64,000 nt of DNA from Myxococcales bacterium. GTDB taxonomy: Bacteria > Desulfobacterota > Binatia > HRBIN30. Below are positions 9,890-18,152 of this stretch, piece after piece. The stretch is from NCBI GenBank assembly GCA_037445065.1, contig JBBILD010000002.1:32001-96000 (forward strand). Reading direction: 5' to 3'. The notes below the pieces were generated by a model, which saw nothing but the letters and a program-made list of their open reading frames with translations, was not told the origin of the DNA and did no database searches. A program made the translations under genes and the position numbers. Position 1 is the stretch's first letter, and each line of letters starts with the position of its first letter.

Positions 9890-10789
9890 ATGCACATCGA
9901 GACGCTCAAGGTGTTTTGTGACGTTGTCGAGACAGGGAGCTTCTCGCAGGCGGCGTCGCAGAATTTCATCACGCAGTCCGCGGTCAGCCAGCAGTTGCGC
10001 AGTCTGGAGACGCGATACCAGTGCCGGTTGCTGGAACGGAGTCGCTCGGGAGCGCGGCCCACTCCAGAGGGAGCCATTCTGTACAGGGCGAGTCGGGAGA
10101 TCTTGGAGCGATACCGGCAGATCGAAACCGAACTGCAAGAGTGTGCGAAAGTCGTTTCGGGTCCCTTGCGAGTGGCGATCGTGTACAGTGTGGGGCTGCA
10201 CGAGCTGCCCCCATACATGAAGGAGTATCTGCGGCTGTACCCGCAAGTGAACGTGCACGTCGAGTACTCGCGGCCGACCAAGATTTATGATGACACCATT
10301 GCGGGCCGCATCGATCTAGGCATCGTTGCGTACCCAGCCAAGCACCCGCAAATCACGATTGTGCCGTTCCGCGAGGATCGTCTGGTGGTCGTGTGCCCGC
10401 CGGAGCACCCGCTGGCAAATCAAAAGCGGGTGACGTTAAGCAGATTGGCCGACGAAGTGTTCGTCGGATACGAGCGGGAGATAGCGACACGGAAAGCCCT
10501 GGATCAGTTATTCCGTGATCGCGGATTGCAAGTGCGGTACGCAGCGGAATACGACAACATCGAGACGATCAAAAGGGCGGTCGAGATCGGCCAGGGCATT
10601 AGCATCGTTCCCCTTGCGTCGGTCAAGTACGAAGTGAATCAAGGAACACTCAAGGTCGTGCACTTGGCCGACGAAACGATTCTGCGCCCATTGGGGATTG
10701 TTTACAAAAAGAACCGACACCTCTCGCCCGCGGCAGTTCGGTTCATCGAAGTACTCAAGCGGCCAGATTTACAGCGTCTGCACGACTAA
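9890..10789 (+). CDS. LysR-family transcriptional regulator
   Basis: N-terminal HTH (GSFSQAA..ITQSAVSQQLRSLE) plus substrate-binding domain. Confidence 0.95.
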   Translation: MHIETLKVFCDVVETGSFSQAASQNFITQSAVSQQLRSLETRYQCRLLERSRSGARPTPEGAILYRASREILERYRQIETELQECAKVVSGPLRVAIVYSVGLHELPPYMKEYLRLYPQVNVHVEYSRPTKIYDDTIAGRIDLGIVAYPAKHPQITIVPFREDRLVVVCPPEHPLANQKRVTLSRLADEVFVGYEREIATRKALDQLFRDRGLQVRYAAEYDNIETIKRAVEIGQGISIVPLASVKYEVNQGTLKVVHLADETILRPLGIVYKKNRHLSPAAVRFIEVLKRPDLQRLHD

Positions 10790-13200
10790 ACCCACGCTTC
10801 CGAGAAAGGCCCGCCCAACGTGACCTGCTCGCACGGGTCGGGAATCTCGTGCGGCCGCCAAAGCCCGGAGCGAAAGTATTCAAAGTTTCGCCAGGGACGG
10901 GTTAGGGATCCATGGTACGTGGTAGTTGGGTCTGCACTTGGCCCAGAGCTGTGGGCAAAGAACGCTTCGTCCGGGCGGCTCAAGTCGCAAATGAACCGAC
11001 TGCTGGCTCCGACGACAGGGCGCAACCCCCAAGCGGTTGGAATGGCGACGCTGGGGCTCACCGTGTAGAGGTCACCCGGGAAGCCATCGTCCAAGACGCG
11101 AAAGAAACGGCCCACCAGCGGCAGCTCGGCAAGAAGAATCCCGAGCCGTATCCTATGGACCCGACCCCACACCCAGCTGACAGGATCGGGGCCGCACTGC
11201 GCGGCCAAGCGTTGCACAGTCCGCTCGAACGAGCTGACCAAAAGGGTTTCCCAGGAGCAGTGCAGCGCGGCCTCGATGTGGCGCCGCAGCGGATCGTGTT
11301 CGTCAACGAGGAGCCGGTGCATCCTGGGGATGCCACGGCGCGTGCGCAGGAACCTGTTGCCTACCTCCTCGCCCAATAAACCCAGAAAACAAAAGTGGGT
11401 CAAATCACGCACCAAGTAGGCCAGAATCGTGGGTCCTACCTCGGTGGTTTCGAATTTGCCCTGCCAAGCACGTAGGGCCCGAAACGCGCTGCCGCGTACG
11501 CCGGCTTGATCCTGATATCGAGGTGCCAAGATCGCACACACTGCGTCTCGCAGCGCCACCCCGTAGTCGCTGTGGATATCCGATTGCAAAGCCATGAACG
11601 TGGTGACGCTGTGGCGATCGAAGGAAGCCAAGACGCGCTCGATGCGATGCTGACGATACGAGGGTTCCACATGAGTGCGTGAACTAATCTGCTGGCTTTG
11701 CTCGGGGTCCGTAAATGAGTTGGCAGTGACGACGAAGCCCCGTAGAGGATCGCGAACCTTCGGGCTGTCTGCGAAGTCCAGATACCCAATCCACTGGGCT
11801 GTTGGGTCATGGGCATCCCGTACGAACAGGCCGCTAGCCCGGCGCTGAACCAGGCGCCCGTAAGGCTCCCAGGCAATGGTTCCGTCTCGGTGCGCATAGA
11901 CGTGATTGAAATCGAAAGGCCCCAAATGCATTTCGGCCAGAGCCGCACGGTGTGCTTCGACCGTGCGGGCTTCGATCAAGTTCAGTGCACCGTCAACAAA
12001 CGCTGCTCCATCTGACGGAACGTACCGCAACGCGAGATCGACTCCGTCGTGGTGTTTCCATCCAGGATAAATAATCCCGTGCTCGCAGCTCTCCCAGGTC
12101 AGGATGAAGTCCTGCCCCAAGCGCACGGTGTGTCGCTCGCTGTGTTGCTCGATCCGACCGATTCCTTGGGGTGTCCGGTACAGGCTCGGGTCTTCGGGTA
12201 GCCGGTGAATGCGAAACAAATCCCATGCGTCGCGATACGCAGTGGTAACGCCCCACGCAAGAGCGCCGTTGTGCCCGTACAGGAAGACCGGGCAGCCGGG
12301 AAGGGAACCGCCCTGGACCTTGTACCGCGGGCACTCGAGATGAGCGTGATACCAAAAGGTGGGAAGGGGGAATAGAGGAACGTGCGGGTCGTTGGCCAAA
12401 AGCGGGGCGCCAGAGGCCGAGCGCGAAGCGCTCACAGCCCAGTTGTTGCTGCCCCAACTCGCTGTGTCGAGCGGTAACTCTGGCTCGGGAACCGGCCCCG
12501 TGTGGATTGCAGGGGCCTGTTTCCATGGCGCTTCTGGGAAAAAGTCGCGGGCAACTTCGTCGCCGAGGCGTGCGCGCACCGCATCGAACGCGAGTTCGAT
12601 GTCCAGCGGTGCCAGCGCCACGGTGAGTGCGCAAGCTCGGGCCGTCACCAAGCAGTCCCACGGCCGCCACGGGAACACCGCTCCGAAGAAGAGGTGGTCA
12701 ATCGGATATACACCCTTCATTGCCTCCAAAGCAGCATTGACGCCAGCCGCGAAGGCTTCGAGACACGCTCGCACACGCGCCGGAGCGTTTTCGTAATCCC
12801 GCTCGCTGGCTGCCTCAAAGCCGAGCGGGCGAACGAAGGCGTCGAGGTCCGACAACCGTTTCCCAGGGAAGAACGAGGAGCGGGACGGCATGCGCGGGTT
12901 GCCAATGAGTTCCGTCAGCCGGCCCGCGCCAAAATGTCGCAACAAATCGAGCTGGGTAAAGCGGTCAGCGGCCTGCAAGAAGCCAAGTGCAGCGTACAAG
13001 TCGGCTTCTTGCTCGGCATAGATGTGCGCGATCCCGCGGGCGTCGCGAATGATCTGGACCGGCCCCTGCATTGGCGGCAGGTTTTCGGGCCGTAGGGCAG
13101 GGAACGTTTTTGGTCGCTGGCCGCGGAGAACCCCGGCGGCGACGCGCGCTATGCTGGCTAGACGCCTTTTCGGGCGGAGCGTTCTCGGCGGAGAGTACAT
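10786..13200 (-). CDS. Penicillin acylase / AHL-acylase family Ntn hydrolase
   Basis: IIRDARGIAHIYA, GSNNWAV (nucleophile Ser), LLANDPH. Confidence 0.92.
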   Translation of the reverse strand: MYSPPRTLRPKRRLASIARVAAGVLRGQRPKTFPALRPENLPPMQGPVQIIRDARGIAHIYAEQEADLYAALGFLQAADRFTQLDLLRHFGAGRLTELIGNPRMPSRSSFFPGKRLSDLDAFVRPLGFEAASERDYENAPARVRACLEAFAAGVNAALEAMKGVYPIDHLFFGAVFPWRPWDCLVTARACALTVALAPLDIELAFDAVRARLGDEVARDFFPEAPWKQAPAIHTGPVPEPELPLDTASWGSNNWAVSASRSASGAPLLANDPHVPLFPLPTFWYHAHLECPRYKVQGGSLPGCPVFLYGHNGALAWGVTTAYRDAWDLFRIHRLPEDPSLYRTPQGIGRIEQHSERHTVRLGQDFILTWESCEHGIIYPGWKHHDGVDLALRYVPSDGAAFVDGALNLIEARTVEAHRAALAEMHLGPFDFNHVYAHRDGTIAWEPYGRLVQRRASGLFVRDAHDPTAQWIGYLDFADSPKVRDPLRGFVVTANSFTDPEQSQQISSRTHVEPSYRQHRIERVLASFDRHSVTTFMALQSDIHSDYGVALRDAVCAILAPRYQDQAGVRGSAFRALRAWQGKFETTEVGPTILAYLVRDLTHFCFLGLLGEEVGNRFLRTRRGIPRMHRLLVDEHDPLRRHIEAALHCSWETLLVSSFERTVQRLAAQCGPDPVSWVWGRVHRIRLGILLAELPLVGRFFRVLDDGFPGDLYTVSPSVAIPTAWGLRPVVGASSRFICDLSRPDEAFFAHSSGPSADPTTTYHGSLTRPWRNFEYFRSGLWRPHEIPDPCEQVTLGGPFSEAWV

Positions 13201-13305
13201 GGCTTGTTCAAAGTATCTGGGCAGAGAGCGTCGGCAGCCTTCGCAAGCGCCGATCACCGCACCGGCAATGTGGACGAACTCCTGAGTAGCACGCCGTCGG
13301 ATCCG

Positions 13306-14304
13306 CTACCGATCGCCGTCCAAAGCCCGCAACTCTACGCGCCGGTTTTGCGCCCGCCCGTCCTCCGTTTCGTTGCTGGCAATCGGCTGCAACTCGCCAA
13401 AGCCTACCACGCGCAGGCGCCCGCGGTCAATCCCACCAGCGACCAGATAGTCGGCAACTGCCCGGGCACGACGCTCGGAAAGCTTCTGGTTGTAAGCTTC
13501 GCTTCCAATAGAATCCGTGTGTCCCTCGACCGATACCTGCACGGCCGCGTGCTCCCTGAGTGTTTCAATGGCTTCATCCAGAATAGGCCTCGCATCCGCT
13601 CGAATCTCGGCGCTGTCGAAGTCGAACTGGACCCCTCGCAAGACCAGTTTTTTCTCGCTGGGAGGGGGCATCGGCGCGGGAGTGGGTGGCGGCGGGGGCG
13701 GCGCCGCTTGGGCGACAGCTTGAACCGGCGGCAAGAAGAGATGCTGGAAGGTGAGGCCACCCGTAAAGTACGTGGTATCAGCCGTTGTGCGGCCCTTGAC
13801 CGCACGCATGTCAGCTTGGTCGCGGCGGGCGAAAAGACCGAGCGTGTTGCCGTTGCCGAGCTGGTAGCGCAAAGCTCCCGAGAGAAACCAGCCGCCGCTG
13901 TCGTCGTCAATCACACCGCTGGTGTGACGGTAATATCCGCCGCCGGAGGACAAAGATACCTCAATGTGCTCGTCGAACAAGGAAAACTGCGGCCCAGCAG
14001 TGAAAGAGAAAAGACTTTGCACGTCTCGACCTTTTGTAGAGACCCCGGCCTGGATCGGGAAGGCGGCGAACTGGGGCGAGCCCTCAACCCCAAGCGAAAA
14101 GCTCTCTGCTAGCGTGAAAAGCCTGTAACCCAGCCGACCCGCAATCACTCCTCCGACGTCGGCAGTGCGCTGGAACTTTTCTGTGGGAGCGGCCACGCCG
14201 AGGTCTATTCCCACGTAAGGTTCTCCTGCTTGGAGCCGCTCCGGAACCCACAGGCAGGTTTGCAACGCGAGAAGCCCTGTTAAACACCATCCCCAACGTT
14301 TCAT
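13306..14304 (-). CDS. OmpA-family outer membrane protein
   Basis: Signal peptide, beta-barrel-like N-domain, Pro-rich linker, C-domain with FDFDS, EGHTD, YNQKLSERRA, NRRVE; strong SD before ATG 14304. Confidence 0.92.
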   Translation of the reverse strand: MKRWGWCLTGLLALQTCLWVPERLQAGEPYVGIDLGVAAPTEKFQRTADVGGVIAGRLGYRLFTLAESFSLGVEGSPQFAAFPIQAGVSTKGRDVQSLFSFTAGPQFSLFDEHIEVSLSSGGGYYRHTSGVIDDDSGGWFLSGALRYQLGNGNTLGLFARRDQADMRAVKGRTTADTTYFTGGLTFQHLFLPPVQAVAQAAPPPPPPTPAPMPPPSEKKLVLRGVQFDFDSAEIRADARPILDEAIETLREHAAVQVSVEGHTDSIGSEAYNQKLSERRARAVADYLVAGGIDRGRLRVVGFGELQPIASNETEDGRAQNRRVELRALDGDR

Positions 14305-14308
14305 CGGC

Positions 14309-14394
14309 CTCCTCCTTTTTATACAGGGTGCCCTTTGCTTCGCGCTTATCCAAAGGGTAACCGCTCCTCCTTTACCGCATAGCGGAGTTTTTTT
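14309..14394 (-). promoter_or_regulatory. Structured ompA 5' leader with duplicated AAAGGAGGAG and hairpins
   Basis: CTCCTCCTTT at 14309-14318 and 14364-14373; stem CCCTTTG/CAAAGGG at 14331-14357; CCGC-ATA-GCGG at 14375-14385 followed by T7 on the + strand. Confidence 0.4.
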
Positions 14395-14710
14395 GAAGTA
14401 GATCGCAGCATCGTTTGAAGAGGAGAACAGCGGCCGCATCCTGGATCGCGTGTCAGCGTGCCAGCACGCGCCGACCGACGCAGCATCGATCTGCTACTCG
14501 AAGCGGTTGGGTGAAGCTACGGAAGGCGGAGGGAACCCCTGCGCGCAAAATCGCGAACCCCGTTCGGTGACCAAAGGTTCCAGGCTTTGATGCCTTCGAC
14601 GAGCTGCTGGGAAGAAACGAATCCACGTCCCTCACGCTCTTGCCACACGATCGCTAAGGCGAAAGGGCCTTGGAGGAAGGACTCTTCGGAGGAAGCGTTA
14701 GGAGGACGTA

Positions 14711-15172
14711 ATGGTAGCAAAACAAAAAGTGGCCTGGTTCTGCCTGCTCGCGCTGTTGTGCGGCTGTGTCGAGCGCTACCGCTCTAGCGCGACTCCGATC
14801 GTTTTTACAGGCTCGGGGGAGGTGGTGCAGAAAGGACTGCCTTTCTCAGAGGCGGTGCGGGTCGGGAACACGCTCTACCTGTCGGGGCAGATTGGTGTCT
14901 TACCAGGAACCACCCAATTGGTTCCGGGAGGGATTCGGGAGCAAACGATGCAAGCCATGCGCAACGTGGAGTCAGTCCTGCGTGCACACGGTTACAGCCT
15001 TTCCGACCTGGTCCGGTGCACGGTCATGCTTGCGGATATGTCAGACTGGTCCGCGTTCAACGAGGTCTACCAGAGCTTTTTCTCTGGGCACTATCCCGCG
15101 CGGAGCAGCTTCGCTGCTGCCGGCTTGGCTCTTGATGCACGGGTGGAAATCGAGTGTATCGCCGCCAAATAA
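14711..15172 (+). CDS. RidA/YjgF-family protein with lipoprotein signal
   Basis: PFSEAVRVGNTLYLSGQIG, FNEVY, YPARS, VEIECIA; lipobox LLCGC; GGAGG SD. Confidence 0.9.
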   Translation: MVAKQKVAWFCLLALLCGCVERYRSSATPIVFTGSGEVVQKGLPFSEAVRVGNTLYLSGQIGVLPGTTQLVPGGIREQTMQAMRNVESVLRAHGYSLSDLVRCTVMLADMSDWSAFNEVYQSFFSGHYPARSSFAAAGLALDARVEIECIAAK

Positions 15173-15395
15173 CTGCGGTGGCGAATGTCCCCTGTTCCGT
15201 GGCTCGCCGGTCATTGAGCGTTACCTCGGTGCGCTTCAACTTGTCTTGAGCACTTTTGCCCTGGATGCCCGCGTGCAAAGGCAACGTTCAGCGGTGGAAA
15301 GAACGACACCAGAGGCGCTGCTGCCGGGACGACAGACTAGGGCAAGGATCAGACCTGGCCGGTTTTCCGCACAACTATCATCGAGTTCGCGCGCC

Positions 15396-17570
15396 GTGTT
15401 GGCGGTGGTTGTCGCATCTGTGTCGATCGTCAGACTGGCACAAGCAATCGAACTCCAGGCTGAGCTTCGTGCGGTTCCTGGCGTGCGCGGCCGTGTTGTG
15501 CAAGCTGGGGTCCCGCTCCCGCGAGCTTGGGCGCGCGAAGCGGCTGCCTTGCAAGTGCGGGAGGGAGCACAGGTTCTACCTGCGCAAGTCGACGTTCGCG
15601 CACGTTGGCCCGATGGGTCACTGCGCTGGATCTGGGTGGATTGGCTAACCCAGAAACCACAGACTGGGAAGCAGGTTTTCGAACTAGAAGGCAAGCCCGG
15701 GGTGAAAGCGGAGCCACAATCAGGACTGCCGCGCGTACGGGTCGAGGAAGACCCGGGCGGTATCATGGTGGACACTGGTCCGTTGCGTGTCCGCTTGCCT
15801 CGCGACCGGGACGTGTGGTTCGAAATTCTTCCCCCCCTCGCTTCGAAACTGAGCAACCCCCGCGTCCTTTCGCATCTTCGCTTTAACGGGCACGACCACC
15901 GCGCACAGAGGCCGCGCACGCTGCGAGTGTTGGAACGCGGGCCGGTGCGCGCGCGGATCGAGCGGCAGGGACAGTACGGTGATGGCTCGATCCGGTACAC
16001 AGTGCGTGTCGACTTTTTCGCTGGCCAACCTTTGGTGCGCGTGTTTCATACGTTCGAGGTCCACGCAGATCTTCCCGGCGGGCAATTGGAGCGGCTGACC
16101 GTAGAGCTGCCTACCCCGCGGGGATCTCCTGTGCGCCTACGCGCGGGTCGGGTAGGGGACGGACCCTGGCAGAAGGAATTGCACCGAGCGCCGGTGTGGT
16201 TGGCACAAATGGATCGCGACCGCGTAACGCTTGCCGAACAGGCGTACTCTGGGTCCTTAGAGGGGCGATTTGTCGCCGCATCGCGTCACGCAGCAGTTGG
16301 CCTGGCGGCCTGGGACTTCTGGCAACAGTTCCCGCAGGGTGTGGGCTGGCTTGGAGATCGCCTGGTCTATGACCTTTACGCCCGGCAGGCGCAGCCTGCG
16401 CTGGCTGGAACTGGGTCGGCAAAAACCCACGAGTTCATGCTTTTTTTCCTCTCGGAGCCGCCTGCTGGCACGTGGCTTCCTGACCTCGCGGCAGTGCCTC
16501 TAGCACGGGTCAATGCAGACTGGTTCGCGACTAGTGAGGCGATGCGAAACGCCTTGGATGCGCGCTCCGAAAAGGCAAAGGCATTCTTGGCAAAATTGTC
16601 CCGTGCCTACGAGGATGTGCTGAGTACCGTAGACCGGGAGGAGTGGGAGGAACGTTCGGTGGCGGAGTGCTTGCCCGAAGGGGATCCCCACATAGGACGA
16701 CGTCGGCGAGGATTCTACGGAATGTGGAACTGGGGAGATTGGAATTTCCCGGGGTACCGCGACTCGGTCAAAGGGTGTGACGCGTGGGGAAACCTGGAAT
16801 ACGACCTGCCGCAAGTCCTAGCCCTTGCGTACGCAGCCACCGGCTCTGGAAACTTCTTGGACGGCCTCATCGCTTCGGCGCGCCATTTTATGGATGTTGA
16901 CCGCATCCACGCCCAGCCGCGTTTTCCACAGTGGGTGGGCATGAACCATCCAAAAAACCCTCTCCATTGGAGTTTTGCGAAAGGTGGCGTGGATTTAGGA
17001 CACACTTGGACCGAAGGCTTGCTTTCCTACTTCTTCCTTACCGGCGACGAGCGTGGCTTGGAGGCTGCACGCGGAATCGGGGAGTTTCTGCTGCGGCGTT
17101 TGCGCGCGGGTGTGAAGGGGAATCCGCGCCAATTCGGCTGGCCGCAAATCGCGTTAATTGCCCTTTATGAGGCAACCCTCGATGAACGCTACCGCGCCGC
17201 TGCCGTGGAGTACGCTCGGCAAGGAATGCAAAAACACCAGCCTGACAAGATTGAGGACTGGAAGTTGGGAATCTTCGCGGAAGGGCTGGTGTATGTTCAC
17301 ACTGTGACGCACGATCCTGAGATCTGGAGCTGGTTGGAGCGTTACACGCGAAAGGTGCTTGCCAGAGAAGCACCGATGGACTCCAGATTTTGGCCCGGGG
17401 TGGCGTACGTGGTGGCCTTGGCGAATGACAGCGCAGGGGTGGGGCGCGTCCAACAGTTCCTCGACTCGTTGGAGTTCGGCCGTTGGGCGAAACCCTTTAC
17501 TATCCAGAGCCGAGTGGGGTTCGCGATTCTATGGTACTTCCGGCACAGCGAGAGGCGGGCGCAACCGTGA
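15396..17570 (+). CDS. Secreted PcRGLX/YetA-like protein (PL26 exo-rhamnogalacturonan lyase-like); start uncertain
   Basis: GVPLPR...RWPDGSLRW N-domain, VDTGPL, ERGPVRA, WGD..WGNLEYD, ARHFMDVD..H; ORF is open from 14766 but that part overlaps the Rid gene. Confidence 0.7.
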   Translation: MLAVVVASVSIVRLAQAIELQAELRAVPGVRGRVVQAGVPLPRAWAREAAALQVREGAQVLPAQVDVRARWPDGSLRWIWVDWLTQKPQTGKQVFELEGKPGVKAEPQSGLPRVRVEEDPGGIMVDTGPLRVRLPRDRDVWFEILPPLASKLSNPRVLSHLRFNGHDHRAQRPRTLRVLERGPVRARIERQGQYGDGSIRYTVRVDFFAGQPLVRVFHTFEVHADLPGGQLERLTVELPTPRGSPVRLRAGRVGDGPWQKELHRAPVWLAQMDRDRVTLAEQAYSGSLEGRFVAASRHAAVGLAAWDFWQQFPQGVGWLGDRLVYDLYARQAQPALAGTGSAKTHEFMLFFLSEPPAGTWLPDLAAVPLARVNADWFATSEAMRNALDARSEKAKAFLAKLSRAYEDVLSTVDREEWEERSVAECLPEGDPHIGRRRRGFYGMWNWGDWNFPGYRDSVKGCDAWGNLEYDLPQVLALAYAATGSGNFLDGLIASARHFMDVDRIHAQPRFPQWVGMNHPKNPLHWSFAKGGVDLGHTWTEGLLSYFFLTGDERGLEAARGIGEFLLRRLRAGVKGNPRQFGWPQIALIALYEATLDERYRAAAVEYARQGMQKHQPDKIEDWKLGIFAEGLVYVHTVTHDPEIWSWLERYTRKVLAREAPMDSRFWPGVAYVVALANDSAGVGRVQQFLDSLEFGRWAKPFTIQSRVGFAILWYFRHSERRAQP

Positions 17571-17685
17571 CCGGCGCAACGGGTATCTACGGCAGGGTGG
17601 CTTCCAGCTTCGCGAAGCGATGGGGCGGAGCTGGCACCACTCTCAGACGGGCCACAGGCTTGAAGATCGTTTTCGCTCGCGGGCG

Positions 17686-18141
17686 ATGCCGAGACTGACT
17701 TCCTTGCCCTTGCCACGACGTCGGTACGTGCCGGATGTTTCCTCACCGGGCCAGCGGCGCTTCATTCGCCAATTCCTGAGCGAGATTCTTCCGGCAGGCC
17801 GCACGGAAGAAGCGGAGAGGGTGCGCTTTTACTACGGCGCAGACCTCTTCGATGCGGGCTTCTATTGGGAAGCGCACGAGGTCTGGGAGCCGCTGTGGCT
17901 GGCCTCCCCGTCACGGAGCGGTCAACGCGCGCTCTTGCACGGGTTGCTCCTGGCCACTGCTGCCCTGCTACGGGCGGAAGTTGGAAAAAAAACGGCCGCG
18001 CAACGGCTGGCCCTGCGTGCCGAGGCTAAGCTGCAGGAGGCCATGCGTTGGGTCTCGGAAGCGGGCATCGGAGGCGGTACTTTCCACCCGCTCACGGAAC
18101 GCGTCCGGACGCGACTCGCGGGTTGTTTGCGAAGCGGCTGA
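17686..18141 (+). CDS. DUF309-domain protein
   Basis: GADLFDAGFYWEAHEVWEPLW signature. Confidence 0.85.
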   Translation: MPRLTSLPLPRRRYVPDVSSPGQRRFIRQFLSEILPAGRTEEAERVRFYYGADLFDAGFYWEAHEVWEPLWLASPSRSGQRALLHGLLLATAALLRAEVGKKTAAQRLALRAEAKLQEAMRWVSEAGIGGGTFHPLTERVRTRLAGCLRSG

Positions 18142-18152
18142 GCAGTTTGACC

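Noticed and set aside
9764..10258. N-terminal extension of the 554-aa acyl-CoA dehydrogenase ORF
   Set aside because: It is the antisense shadow of the LysR gene; family similarity begins at MKPF (9763)
14766..15395. Apparent 934-aa ORF start overlapping the Rid gene
   Set aside because: Off-frame overlap with a clear gene; the signal-like segment begins near 15396
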